Assembly: GCF_035084215.1 (NCBI RefSeq) | Contig: NC_090328.1 | Coordinates: 105,896,001 to 105,960,000, forward strand | DNA: 64,000 nt | Direction: 5' to 3' | Source: Heptranchias perlo | Lineage: Eukaryota | Shown: in pieces, positions 26,393 to 39,486 of the stretch | Layout: each line of letters begins with the position of its first letter | How positions within the stretch are numbered: position 1 is the stretch's first letter | Made by a program: the position numbers and the translations under genes | The notes under the pieces: model-generated | What the model was told of the DNA's origin: nothing | What the model saw: only the letters and a program-made list of their open reading frames with translations | Database searches by the model: none

Positions 26393-27234
26393 TATACACA
26401 CACACATATATACATCAGTAATGAGCATCCTTTACCACAATCACATGTGTCAATTTACTTTTACCAAAGGTTCTGCTGATGCAGAATTTGGGACTTGGTC
26501 TTTTTGTCTGTATAAAATACAGCCGATCTGTTAAACCCTGCTCTAACACTAGCTTCCTGGAACCTAACCTCTTCCAATTCTCTGAGGTGCTATCTCTAAT
26601 GAATGGTTATGAATGATCATCGCACTTGGAAGTACTTGCCTAACTTGATGTGCTATTGTGTTTCAATTTGTAAACAAAATTCTATAATTATTTTAGGTTG
26701 TAACCTTTCTGATCAATGTTGTGATAGTCTGCATTCTGTGGAAATATAAGGTTTGGTATGGGGTTTACTTCAGTTGAATTAATTGCCACATTAATCTTCA
26801 TAGAAGCAGAACAAGCTGCTGTTTCTATTTGTGGAAGACAAGGTCTGCTCGTGGGCAGTGCTTTACAACTGTGGGAAGACAAAACAGTACACATACACAT
26901 CTATATCCATACACCTTCAGAATCATTGGTCCCAAATTTCCTCATCTTCCCAGGCATAATGGCACTGCTTGTTACTGCAGCACTAATTGGGGTGGGGCTC
27001 GTTCCACTGGGTTTCCACCCTGTTTTCCAGCTGATGCAATTCCTGGTTCAGGTGGGGAGGGGGCAATCCTTCCTCCTGCCCCTTCAGCAGCATTAATATT
27101 TAAAGTAGATGGTAATGATGTGATGCTGCAATACATCATAATTCCTTTCATCACGCTCTGTCTAATTTTCAGCCAGGTAAGTGAGGCATTGTGGATTGTC
27201 AGAATTAGCTGATCCTGGCAGAATTGCTGCATTT

Positions 27235-27978
27235 AAAAGATTTGGACTCAGAATTTGGAGGTATGATGTTGAAATTTGCAGGTGATATCAAATTGGGGGA
27301 GTGGGTATAGCTAATAATGTGGAGGACTGCACCAAAATACATGAAGATATAAACAGGCTTGCAGAGTGGGCGGATAAATGGCAAATAAAATGTAATATAG
27401 TGAAGGGTGAGGTGGTTCATTTTGGTCGGAGGGATAAGGAGGCCACTTATTCCTATTAAAGTAAGAAATTAAATGGGATAGAGGACCAAGGAGATCTGGG
27501 AACACAGATACATAAATCACTGAAAGCAGTAACACAAGTTGATCAAGTCATATAGAGTGAAAAAAATACTGGGGTTCATTTCTAGAGGAACAGAATACAA
27601 AAGCTGGGAGGTAATGTTAAATTTCTATATAACCTTGGCTAGACCACAATTAGAGTACTATGTGCAGTTTTGGTCTCCATACTACAAAAAGGATATTGTG
27701 CATGTGAGAAAGTGCAGAAAAGATTTACAAGGATGTTACCAGAATTGAGAGGATGCAACTATCAGGAGAGATTGAGCAGGCTGGGGCTGTTTTCTCTGGA
27801 AAACAGGAGACTAAGAGGAGGCCAGATAAAGGCCTTTAAAATTAGGAAGGAGTTCGATTGCATGGATATGGAGAAGCTGTTTCCACTTATGGGTGAGTCT
27901 AGAACAAGGGGGTATAAATATAAGGTTGTCATTAACAGATCAAATAAAGAATTTAGAGGAATTTCTTTACACAGAGAA
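27235..27978 (+). mobile_element. Degraded CR1 ORF2 fragment
   Basis: KFAGDIKLG, ILGFISRGTEYKS, RPQLEYYVQFWSP, VQKRFTRMLP motifs with frameshifts. Confidence 0.88.
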
Positions 27979-28166
27979 TGCAGGACTACTTCTGCGGGGG
28001 TGCAGTCACAGACTGCAATAAAACCACATGTTCCACGTGGTGTCTGCAATGGGGAAAAAGGTTCGCTGATGTCAGGTCAGTGGACTCTACCTGCCGTAGA
28101 CCCTGAGAGATGGACCTCAGTGCCTGCATCATAAGTGTGTTTCTTTTCAGAGCAGGACCCATAGGA

Positions 28167-28735
28167 TCTGAAATAAAAACAGGAAATGCTATAAACATTC
28201 AGCAGGTCAGGCAGCATCTGTGGAGAGAGAAACAGAGTTAACGTTTCAGGTCGATGACCTTTCATCAAAACTGGAAGAAGTTAGAGATTTAAAAGTTTAT
28301 AAGCAAGTACAGAGCCAGGGGAAAGGGGGGCGGGATGGGCGCGAAGAACTAAGGGGAGGGTCTGTGATAGGGTGGAGGGCAGAAGCGATTAAGTGACAAA
28401 AGGGATGATGGTGCAAGTTAAAAGGGGGTGTTAACAGGACAAGTAAAGAAACAAAGGATGAGTCTAGAGGAGGTGTAAATGGTAACAGCACCTGTTGTCC
28501 AAGAAAATAGGAACGGTTGTTATAATTTAAAGTTGTTACATAGAATGTACAGCACAGAAACAGGCCATTTGGCCCAACTGGTCTGTGCCGTTGTTGAACT
28601 CAATGGTGAGGCTGGAAGGTTGTAAAGTGCCTAATCGAAAGATGAGGTACTGTTCCTTGAGCTTCCATTGAGCTTCATTGGAACAGATTAGGAGGCTGAG
28701 GACAGAGAGGTCAGAGTGGGAGTGGGTTGGAGCCC
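28167..28735 (-). mobile_element. Penelope-like element 3' end (GIY-YIG C-terminus plus 3' UTR)
   Basis: Minus-strand translation HSHSDLSVLSLLICSNEAQWKLKEQYLIFRLGTLQPSSLTIEFNN; hammerhead-like motif at 28235-28270; tiny CR1 tail nested at ~28538-28589. Confidence 0.8.
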
Positions 28736-28744
28736 ACTGAGGTC

Positions 28745-30402
28745 TGAGTTCACTGGCTTCTCAGCTGAGAGCAGCCACCTCCGAAGCCTCTGCTGGGGAA
28801 TCCTCTTCCACTCCTGACTTGTCCAGCTCCCTTATGTTCTGGGAGTCTTCTTGTGCAAATTGCCCCTCCTCCCCTCTTTCTCGCCCTGGGTGCAAGTCTC
28901 TGATCTGATGAGTGGGAAAGAGAAGATGAATGATGTATGGGATGAAAGAGTGGGGACATGACCTGAAGCAGAGGGAGCCATCTCATCATCATCAACATCA
29001 TCGTCCTCCTCTTCTTTCCTCATCTGCCTCCCTTGACTGAGACTGCTCTGTGGAAGAGCAAGAAAGGAACTAGGAATGGCTGTGCACCACCCAAAGACAG
29101 TGACAAAGTAGAGATTTCAGCTCTAGACTTTCTGGCTGCTGGATTCAGTTAAGTACTGCAGCAGGTATGAGCACTGATTTGGATACGCTCAACTACAGTT
29201 GGCATGTCTCCATCACTGATGGCCAAAGCCAAGTGCCTCCTCAACACTTCCATCTCAAAGTACTTCACAGCAGTGTTGTTACTGTTGTAATGTGGGGAAA
29301 CACAGCAGCCAATTTACACACAGCAAGGTCCCACAAACAGCAATGAGACAAATAACCTGTTTTATAATCTGTTTTAGTGATGTTGGTTAATGGATAAATG
29401 TTGGCCAGGACACCAGGTGGAAGCCTTTGAAAAGTGCCATGGAATCTTTTACATCCACCTGAGAGGACTGACAGGGTATTGGTTTAATGTATCACCTGAA
29501 AGATGGCACCTCCGACAATGCAGCACTCCCTTAGTACTGCACTGAAATGGTAGTCTAGATTATGAACAAGGCTTGAACCTATGACCTTCTGTCACAGAGT
29601 CAAGAATGCTACCACTGAGCCAGGGCTAACACCCAAAGTGAAGGAATTGGAGAGCAATTGAACCATTGCTCTGTGCATGATGACCTGTCACTTCATTTAA
29701 GAAGTGCGGGTGATCATTGGAGGAGGGTCCCATAGTGTTGATGTAAAAGGAGGAGATGGCAGTTCTTTTACCTTGTCTAGCCTCATCAGAACCCTTCTGC
29801 CATTGCTCTGCTGTCATGGGGATGAGAGGTAGCACTCAGAGCCACTGTCACCTTGCTCCCCCTGACTATTGGGGCTCCTCGCTTTCTCCCAAGTGACCCC
29901 AGCAAACTTTCCCTGAGCATTCTCGTTTGTTCCAAGACCTTGGAATATGCATCAGAAAGCTTGTGACCTCTTTTTGGCCCCAGGTAATGGACTGGGGCTA
30001 CTGGCACATTCGAGGCACAATGAGGTCACTGGACTCCCAAACACTCTGCTGCCTGTCGTGAAAATATTCTTGGAGAAGCAGAAAAAAACTTTGATCAGAA
30101 TTCATTGCAGTCGAAGATGCTGACTGGAAGAAAATTCCCATCCACCCACTGGTCCTCCAACAAGCTGCTGTCACTGCCAGTTGCTGCGAGCTTTTACATC
30201 CTGCAGCGACAAGTTTTCTCCCCACCCCCAGCACATTTCCTTCATCTTACACGGAAGCGGCGCTACATTATGTAAAGCCGTCCTACATTATGTAAAGTAG
30301 CTGACCCCTGCGATTTCCAATGGAGTCTTTGGCACAAGTCACCAGCATCCCACTGCAGTTCCAACGTCCCCACAGGCACAGTCCCCAAGGAAATCTGGGA
30401 CC
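28745..30402 (-). mobile_element. Old Harbinger relic with Myb/SANT gene remnants
   Basis: KLSDAYSKVLEQTRMLRESLLGSLGRKR...TAEQWQKGSDEARQG (about 29975-29765, frameshifted); acidic downstream exon; TIR-like end AAATCTGGGACC at 30402. Confidence 0.5.
29257..29633 (-). mobile_element. DeuSINE nested in the Harbinger relic
   Basis: Head GGTGTTAGCC at 29633, Deu core. Confidence 0.85.
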
Positions 30403-31039
30403 ACTGTGTCGATGTCAGCACCTGTAAACACCATGTAAGAAAAATATACAACGGCACCAACATGCCAACTAGTGTAACATTCCAAACAGTTAAAATATAT
30501 ATATATATATGACATGACTTAAAGATCAATAATAATTCTTTCTAAATGTGTGATTCTTTTAAAAAAGGAGTCCTACTGGTGAAACTGCCTCATTAACTAG
30601 CAATCCTTCCCAGTATGCTAAATACTGCTGTTACATCTCTTCACATGAAGCTAAATTGTGTGGACATCTCAGATCACTCGACGATCTGCTCATACATTGC
30701 ATCAATCCAGCCATTGTTCTCTCAGCGCTTGCAAATCAAAACTGCAGAGTGCCTCATTAGCTAAATAGTGAGGTGTTACCCAACGGCACAGAGTATGTTT
30801 AGAATGACATGAGAAAGATTTTTCATCCTTTATTTATTGTAGGTCCTTTTCTTTGATTCTTCCGTGCTGGCATCATTTACTGACAAAAAAAAATTGCTCA
30901 GAGACATAAGTCCACAGGCTCGGGAGCCAGGAGTCAACTTCTGTGGAGCCTCTGCTGCCCACTGTGGGATCCTACTTTTACTTCTAATTCCTCTGGCTCC
31001 GTGAAGGTAATGAATGAATGGTACCACACATATAAAGAG

Positions 31040-32920
31040 ACTGCAAGGAAGGGTCAGAGGGAGCAGGATGTTTACCTTGGCTGCTCTGGTGAGGTCATTA
31101 AACTTCTTCCTACACTGCAAATTTATCCTGTCCACAAAAAGCAGGACAAATCAAATCCAGCCAATTACCGCCCCATCAGTCTACTCTCAATCATCAGCAA
31201 AGTGATGGAAGGTGTCGTCGACAGTGCTATCAAGCGACACTTACTCACCAATAACCTGCTCACCGATGCTCAGTTTGGGTTCCGCCAGGACCACTCAGGT
31301 TCCAGACCTCATTACAGCCTTGGTCCAAACATGGACAAAAGAGCTGAATTCCAGAGGTGAGGTGAGAGTGACTGCCCTTGACATCAAGGCAGCATTTGAC
31401 CGAGTGTGGCATCAAGGAGCCCCAGTAAAATTAAAGTCAATGGGAATCAGGGGGAAAACTCTCCAGTGGCTGGAGTCATACCTAGCACAAAGGAAGATGG
31501 TAGTGGTTGTTGGAGGCCAATCATCTCAGCCCCAGGACATTGCTGCAGGAGTTCCTCAGGGCAGTGTCCTAGGCCCAACCATCTTCAGCTGCTTCATCAT
31601 TGACCTTCCCTCAATCATAAGGTCAGAAATGGGGATGTTCGCTGATGATTGCACAGTGTTCAGTTCCACTCACAACCCCTCAAATAATGAAGCAGTCCGA
31701 GCCCGCATGCAGCAAGACCTGGACAACATCCAGGCTTGGGCTGATGAGTGGCAAGTAACATTCGCGACAGACAAGTGCCAGGCAATGACGATCTCCAACA
31801 AGAGAGAGTCTAACCACCTCCCCTTGACATTCAACGGCATTACCATCGCCGAATCCCCCACCATCAATGTCCTGGGGGTCACCATTGACCAGAAACTTAA
31901 CTGGTCCAGCCATATAAATACTGTGGCTACAAGAGCAGGTCAGAGGCTGGGTATTCTGTGGCAAGTGACTCACCTCCTGACTCCCCAAAGCCTTTCCACC
32001 TTCTACAAGGCACAAGTCAGGAGTGTGATGGAATACTCTCCACTTGCTTGGATGAGTGCAGCTCCAACCACACTCAAGAAGCTTGACACCATCCAGGACA
32101 AAGCAGCCCGCTTGATTGGCACCCCATCCACCAACCTAAACATTCACTCCCTTCACCACCAGCATACTGTGGCTGCAGTGTGTACCATCCACAGGATGCA
32201 CTGCAGCAACTCGCCAAGGCTTCTTCGACAGCACCTCCCAAACCCGCGACTTCTACCACCTAGAAGGACAAGGGCAGCAGGCACATGGGAACACCATCAC
32301 CTGAACGTTCACCTCCAAGTCACACACCATCCCAACTTGGAAATATATCGCTGTTCCTTCATCGTCGCTGGGTCAAAATCCTGGAACTCCCTTCCTAACA
32401 GCACTGTGGGAGAACCTTCACCACACGGACTGCAGCGGTTCAAGAAGGCGGCTCACCACCACCTTCTCAAGGGCAATTAGAGATGGGCAATAAATGCTGA
32501 CCTCGCCAGCAACACCCACATCCTATGAACGAATAAAAAAAAGGGAGTCCTGGGGTTCAAGGAGGTGGCAGTCCTTGCCACAGCCACCTCCCTCCACCAA
32601 TTGCGTACCACCTACTTAGTGGGACCCCGGCTTCCAAGCCCAAAACAGGTGGTCCCTCCCGCTCCATATCTCCATAAGGGGGACATGCAAGTCCAACCCC
32701 ATCAAGTTTGCCGCATGTTTCCTCAATCTGACTGCCATCACTGTCACTCAGGTTGCCTGCTTCCTGTGGTGCTGCCACTGGCCATTTACACAGCAGCAGG
32801 AGTTATATCCTGCTGCGGTACCAGCTCTACACCAGTTATTTTCCAAAGGGGGCGAAGGAAAATCAAGGAAGGATTGGGAGGTGACAGTCGGTCTCCCCAC
32901 CCTATTTTACCGCCCATTCC
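31040..32920 (-). pseudogene. Harbinger Myb/SANT gene relic split by a LINE
   Basis: MAVRLRKHAANL...WWREVAVARTATSLNPRTP (32738-32543) continues as LQCRKKFNDLTRAAK|GT (31120-31075). Confidence 0.75.
31124..32542 (+). mobile_element. CR1-group (Zenon-like) LINE, longest copy
   Basis: [40 protein letters not shown]; 422-aa ORF 31212-32480; AATAAA and poly(A). Confidence 0.95.
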
Positions 32921-33104
32921 ACCACAGTCCTTGGTGGTATAGTGAAGGAATATTCATTACCCTCAGCAGTGAGTCAATCCCTTTAAATTGGATGGAGAGA
33001 AGAGACAAAGCTTCACTCTGCATCCAAAACTCAGGGGAGGAGTGATAAAATCACTCTTAACACACAGGGAGCATGGCAACTAAATGTTAGTTCAAAACCA
33101 TCTA

Positions 33105-33440
33105 TATAGGAACATTAGGAACAAGAGAAGGACATTCAGCCTCTCGTGCCTGCTCCGACATTCAATTAGATCATGGCTGATCTGCACCTCAACTCCATTT
33201 ACCCACCTTTGCTCCATATCCCTGCATAGCCTTACAAGAATCTATCAATCTCAGTCTTGAAAGCTCCAATTGACCCAGCATCACCAGCTTTAAGGGAGAC
33301 AGTTCCAGATTTCTACTACTCTTTGTGTGAAAAAGTGCTTCCTTATTTCACTCCTGAATGGCTTTGCTCTAATTTTAAGATTATGTCCCTTTGTTCTGGA
33401 TTTCCCCCACCAGAGGGAATAGTTTCTCTGTATCTCTCCC
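33105..33440 (-). mobile_element. CR1 3' end
   Basis: GATCATGGCTGATCTG...CAACTCCATT 3' UTR and ORF2-end homology to 19400-19720. Confidence 0.8.
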
Positions 33441-34424
33441 TTCTACCCTGCTGAATCACACTAATTAAGATAGTGCAAAACCAATAAATTCACAATGAAA
33501 TCACGAGCACCGAAAGCACTGGGAATTAGTGCAAAGAAATTTGAGGATAACTTGCAAAAACTTCCCAATGGAATTCATCATCAAGGAGATAAGAGACTTC
33601 CCTCTTTGGGGAAAAAAACAATAAAACTCATGAAATCAAAATGAAAGGTCAGAGTCGAATCAGTAATTTTTCTTTTCTTCAGATGCTGACTGCTTGGACA
33701 CTTCCAGCGATTTTCAGTTTTTATTTCCAGGATTTGCAATTTCCTTTTTCTCTACACAAATATATATTTTAATGTATTTCAAAACCAGCATCAAGAATCC
33801 TGCTTTTTCCACTATTTTTACAGCCACTGTGTCCAAACATCTGTTTCTCCAGAAGATTTGGTCACTTAGTTGTTGCTAGGGAAAAAGTCCTGGCATTGCG
33901 TTCCATCGAATGAAAGCATAAAGGTTGTGCGACATTTCACGAAAATATTCCTCAAAACCGAAACTCTGTCAGATTCCTTCTGCTCACTCTGCGGGGAGTC
34001 AGAGATACCAGGAATGTGACCACATGGTAGTGGGGTCAGCAGCCCAGCAGGGGGTGGGGATCGTGGGAAGGCTTCCTTTATTTAGATATAAACATAAACT
34101 AATCATTTTTGTGAAAACAGATGTCACTTTAGGGAGATCCCTAGATGTAACTATGTCTTATGGTCATATTAAAGAAATATGATACAACATAGGCTGTGAT
34201 TCTCCACATTACATTGCAATATATTGTTACCACTCAATCTACACTTCTAAAAGCAGACACATAGCGTTCAGGTCCTAAGAGGAAGTTCCTGCTTTGGATA
34301 TTTGGGCTTCTTATACAGGCAGAGGGGTAGATTTTGACTTTGTGCGATAGTGTAAAATGGGTGATAGTGAATCGACCGCCTGTTTTACATCTTTCCCGAT
34401 TTTAATGTCCATTACACCAAATTA

Positions 34425-34855
34425 CATACAGCGTCTTTCATGACCTCAGGACGTTCCAAAGCGCTTTTACAGCCAATAAAGTACTTTTGAAGTGTAGTCA
34501 CTGTTGTGAAGGAAATGAGGCAACTGATCTGTGCATAGCAAGGTTCCACAAACAGCAATGAGATAATGACCAGATAATCTGTTTTATTGAGAGATAAATA
34601 TTGACCAGGATACTAGGGAGAACATCACTGCTCTTCTTCAAATAATGCTATGGGATCTTTTGCTTCCACCTGAGAGGGCAGACGAAACCTCAGTTTAACA
34701 TCTCATCTGAAAGACGGCACCTCCAAGGGTGCAGACTCCCTCAGTATTGCACTGGAGTGTCAGCCTGGATTTTGTGCTCAGGTCTCTGAAATGGGTTCTT
34801 GAACTCACCATCTTTTGACTCAGGGACGAGAGTGCTACCCATTGAGCCACGATCA
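34425..34855 (-). mobile_element. DeuSINE
   Basis: Collinear with 12494-12957; lies inside a MITE-like end starting at ~34324. Confidence 0.88.
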
Positions 34856-35379
34856 GCCCATTCGTTTTGATTTTAGCTGCAGTAAAAAGCTTTCAGCAGT
34901 CTTGAGGCTCATAACCTCCTCACTTCTGCTGATCAAGGCAACAGCTGCGTTTTCTATTTCCAATTCTTACTTACCCTTAGTGCATTGCGTGTATAAAACC
35001 AGGAAATTCAGGCTGCCGATCCACCAGCGTGCATTTAGTTATATTTAAATTAGGTACGTGGTGACTCATTGAGTGGATCGCAGGAAGGGCCAAATCACAT
35101 TTGGAAATTCATCTGGATAGATTTTGGGGTGGAATACTGGCGGAAATGGCTTCTGCCCAGTTGCTCGAGCTATAAAATATGGGCTGGAGAATTGTTGCTG
35201 TTACGCAGTTGCCTACAGCTGGATATTATAGGCAAGGTGGCGGTTGCTAGAGCTGTATATTATGGGCTGGAGACTAGTTTCCCCAAGTTGCTGGCCAGAA
35301 AAACGAGTTGTCCCGATTTTACACTCCGGTGGCATGGAATTTCGAGGCCTATGTATTTTTTTGTCCCCCAACATCCCAG

Positions 35380-35705
35380 ATTCACGGAACTTCAGCAGTA
35401 CAGAAAGAGGCCATACGGTCCATCAAGTCCACGCCAGTGTTTTTCTCCACATGTTCCATCCAGTCCAATCCCACTCTACTGCTCTCCACTTCATACCCTT
35501 TGATATTCCTCAATTTCCAGCAATTGTCCAGTTGCCTTTTTAAAGAAATTATGTATTCTGCTTCAACAACAGTTTGTGGCAGAGAATTTCACATTCTGTG
35601 CAAAGAAATTTTTTCTAACCTCCCCTTTTATTCTTTATGTGATTATCTTAAATCCATGCTCTCTCATTACCATCTCACCGACTAGCGGAAACAATCTGTC
35701 ATTAC
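35380..35705 (-). mobile_element. CR1 3' end (old)
   Basis: CAGTACAGAAAGAGGCCAT tail; GGCAGAGAATTTCACATT (WNSLP region). Confidence 0.7.
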
Positions 35706-35709
35706 TCTT

Positions 35710-35972
35710 GAAGCCTCACTCAGAGGGTAGTAGGTCTGTGGAATTTGCTGCCCCACGAAGCTGTGGAAGCTACATCATTAAATAAATTTAAAACAGAAAT
35801 AGACAGTTCCTAGAAGTAAAGGGAATTAGGGGTTACGGGGAGCGGGCAGGAAATTGGACATGAATTTAGATTTGAGGTTTGGATCAGATCAGCCATGATC
35901 TTATTGAATGGCGGAGCAGGCTGGAGGGGCCGATTGGCCTACTCCTGCTCCTATTTCTTATGTTCTTATGTT
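35710..35972 (+). mobile_element. CR1 3' end (young)
   Basis: (TTCTTATG)n tail; near-identical to 13543-13800. Confidence 0.88.
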
Positions 35973-37656
35973 ATCAGAATACTTCTTAATCTGCTTGGTT
36001 CTAGTGATAAAAGCTATAACTGCTCCAGTCTTTCTGTGACCCTTTCTCCCTGGTAACAATCTAGTGAATTTTAGCTGCATGGTCTATTCATAATCTATGT
36101 GTAAATAATATACTAACACTCAGAGAAATGGAAATACGCAATTCACGTTATCCATAGCATTCATCCTTCATCAGAAATGCAGAACTTTGAAATGTGTTGT
36201 TGGTGCTTTATGTATCTTAGTTTATTGTCTCTGCTGTAAAAAAAAATCACACAACAACTAAAATTAGATTTGATCCTTATTTCCTGTAATATCTGCTGGG
36301 GTCATGTAGAGTACATAATGGAGAAAGATATAGGTGAAATTGCACAGGGGTGATGAGTCAGGCAAAAACAGAAATATCTCGTGATACAGTTTCATCGATT
36401 ATGTTTCAGCACTAAACACCACTCAAGAGGCTTTGCTATTTCCTCTTTTAATTCACTTTTGAGTTGTGAGAAGCCACTCTGAGTCCAAAACTGATGACCT
36501 GGACAATATTGACTTTTGTTGTGCACGTAACTGGTATGTATTCAATTTTAGAAAATCAAATTTGAACATTATCCTTCATAATGTGCTCCAGAAATTGAAT
36601 CCAGTCTGCAGTCATTTCTATCAATGTAATTTATAGATGAACCACCACCCCTCATCAGATACTGCCTCAAGAAACTCAACATCCTTTTATGTGATCTGTT
36701 ATCATGATATGGAAAAGCAAAATATGAATCTGTAGAAAATCAGTAAACACCTGGCTAAAAATATTTGCTTCGAAGATAAGTTGGGGGTTAAATTTGAAAA
36801 CCCCATAATCGGGGTGCGGGGGTCGTGTGGAGCAATTAATACGTGCCCGGTCGTTCTGATGCAGGTAGTACGTGACATTCGTGCTGCCTGGTTATTTACC
36901 TGATTCTGGCGTGAGCAGCCAGGTTACCGCGATGTCGAATGAGTATCACCAGCAGGGGGGCCCAATATCGCGTGAGTGGCATGCAACTCTTAAAGGCAGC
37001 CTGCACCTTTTAAAGGCAGCCTGCACCTCTTAAGTGTAAAATATAAGATACGGGTCCCCACAGAGTCTGAACAGAGATCAAACATCACACATGTAAAACA
37101 CAGATGCAGGTCCCATCCCTATGTTTACAAACTGATGAATTATGTTAAAACATTGAATAAAGGTTGCACACTACTAAATCCCACATCCTCCAATCTGCAC
37201 GCCAGCCTTCACCAATCTTCTGATTTGAGTTTGTACCAGGCCTGTGAGAGAGCATGCACTAGGTTCTCTGCTGATGCACTAGAGACCTTGGTGCAAGAGT
37301 TGAACAGAAGGAGGGGAATCCTATATCTGCAAGTGGACAAGAGGCCCTCCAGACATATGCTTAAGAGGCAGTGGGAGGCAGTAGAGGACGAAGTCAATGC
37401 CAGACGCATAGCACCATGAACATGGATGCAGTGCAGGAAGAAGTTCAATGCTTTGACACGAGTGGTCCAGGTGAGTGAGGTCAACTGTCAAGTGGCATCA
37501 CCTACCAAATGCACCACTAGCCACATCCACTGCTCCAAGCACTACACCCCCCCATCACCCACATACAAGCAAACTCTTTCAATCAGTACTCAACTCTTCT
37601 AATTAGATGCTTCCTCTCACCCTTACACATTACCACTGTTACAAGTCGCACACACA

Positions 37657-38769
37657 AGTCAAGTCAATGGGAATCAGGGGGAAAACTCTCCAGTGGCTGG
37701 AGTCATACCTAGCACAAAGGAAGATGATAGTGGTTGGAGGCCAATCATCTCAGCCCCAGGACATTGCTGCAGGAGTTCCTCAGGGCAGTGTCCTAGGCCC
37801 AACCATCTTCAGCTGCTTTATCAATGACCTTCCCTCCATCATAAGGTCAGAAATGGGGATGTTCGCTGATGACTGCACAGTGTTCAGTTCCATTCGTAAC
37901 CCTTCAGATAATGAAGCAGTCCGAGCCTGCATGCAGCAAGACCTGGACAACATCCAGGCTTGGGCTCATAAGTGGCAAGTAACATTCGCGCCAGATAAGT
38001 GCCAGGCAATGACCATCTCCAACAAGAGAGAGTCTAACCACCTCCCCTTGACATTCAACGGCATTACCATCGCCGAATCCCCCACCATCAACATCCTGGG
38101 GGTCACCATTGACCAGAAACTTAACTGGACCAGCCATATAAATACTGTGGCTACAAGAGCAGGTCAGAGGCTGGGTATTCTGCGGCGAGTGACTCACCTC
38201 CTGACTCCCCAAAGTCTTTCCACCATCTACAAGGCACAAGTCAGGAGTGTGATGGAATACTCTCCACTTGCCTGGATGAGTGCAGCTCCAACAACACTCA
38301 AGAAGCTCGACACCATCCAAGATAAAGTAGCCCGCTTGATTGGCACCCCATCCACCACCCTAAACATTCACTCCCTTCACCACCGGCGCACTGTGGCTGC
38401 AGTGTGCACCATCCACAGAATGCACTGCAGCAACTCGCCAAGGCTTCTTCGACAGCACCTCCCAAACCCGCGACCTCTACCACCTCGAAGGACAAGAGCA
38501 GCAGGCGCAAGGGAACAACACCACCTGCACGTTCCCCTCCAAGTCATACACCATCCCGACTTGGAAATATATCGCCGTTCCTTCATCGTCGCTGGGTCAA
38601 AATCCTGGAACTCCCTTCCTAACAGCACTGTGGGAGAACCGTCACCACACGGACTGCAGCGGTTCAAGAAGGCGGCTCACCACCACCTTCTCGAGGGCAA
38701 TTAGGGATGGGCAATAAATGCTGGCCTTGCCAGCGACGCCCACATCCCGTGAACGAATTTTAAAAAAAA
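37657..38769 (+). mobile_element. CR1-group (Zenon-like) LINE, 5' truncated, reading frame intact
   Basis: ORF 37607-38704 with GVPQGS/FADD to KKAAHHHLLEGN; poly(A) at 38762-38769. Confidence 0.95.
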
Positions 38770-38889
38770 CCCTGGCAGCCATTCAATTATGACAAGCACA
38801 TCACCCAAACATTCTTCAGGACACTCACTGATACACGTCCCGCTTTCTTGCAGGAGAAGGTGGCGCATAACAAGAGGCAGCAAGTGGCA

Positions 38890-39170
38890 GTGGCATTTAG
38901 CCCTTCGAGCCTGTTCCACCATTCAATGAGATCATGGTTGATCTGTGACCTAACTCCATATACCCGCCTTAGCCCTATATCCCTTAATACCCTTGGTTAA
39001 CAAAAATTTATCAATCTCAGATTTAAAATTAACAATTGAGCTAGCATCAACTGCCGTATACAGAAGAGCGTTCCAAACTTCTACCCCCCTTTGCTTGTAG
39101 AAGCGTTTCCTAACTTCACTCCTGCAAGTCCTAGCTCTAAATTTTAGGCTATGTTCCCTAGTCCTAATAT
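38890..39170 (-). mobile_element. CR1 3' end
   Basis: ORF 38950-39222: TREHSLK..RKRFYKQRGVEVWNAL..FKSEIDKFL..GIKGY. Confidence 0.85.
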
Positions 39171-39486
39171 TCAAGTACAGGAGACCTCCAAAAACTACAA
39201 ATGCAACAGCAGCCGGAAGCAATAATCCAGCAATTAACCTATAAATCCTGCATGGTCTCCTTAAATAGTGCTGGTGGAGGGTCCTCCAGGCCAGAGAACC
39301 GGATGCAGACCCATGCCATTTGCTGCAAGGACAACTGCAGCTAGCATCAACCCCACACTACCAGTGGCAGTAAAGGTCTGCTGCAGCCTTAAGCTCTCTC
39401 CCTCTGCCCCATTGTTGCAATTACCTGTCAGCCCCATAATCCCAACCTGTGTGAAGTCATTACTGACAAGTTACATTGTCAGAAGG

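Larger units (their letters stand above)
36783..39330 (+). mobile_element. Harbinger relic with spliced Myb/SANT gene, interrupted by two LINEs
   Basis: TIR-like start GGGGGTTAAATTT; exon 1 RFSADALETLVQELNRRRGILY..QWEAVEDEVNA..QCRKKFNALTRVVQ|GTGAGT (to 37470); exon 2 TTGCAG|[10 protein letters not shown] at 38854. Right end uncertain. Confidence 0.75.

Noticed and set aside
26688-27232. Cluster of overlapping ORFs in unique DNA, possible host exon
   Set aside because: No recognisable domain, stops in all frames over the span, no coherent splice structure.
31212-32480. 422-aa ORF as a functional gene
   Set aside because: 5'-truncated LINE ORF2; N-terminus is out of frame, endonuclease absent, multiple near-identical copies.
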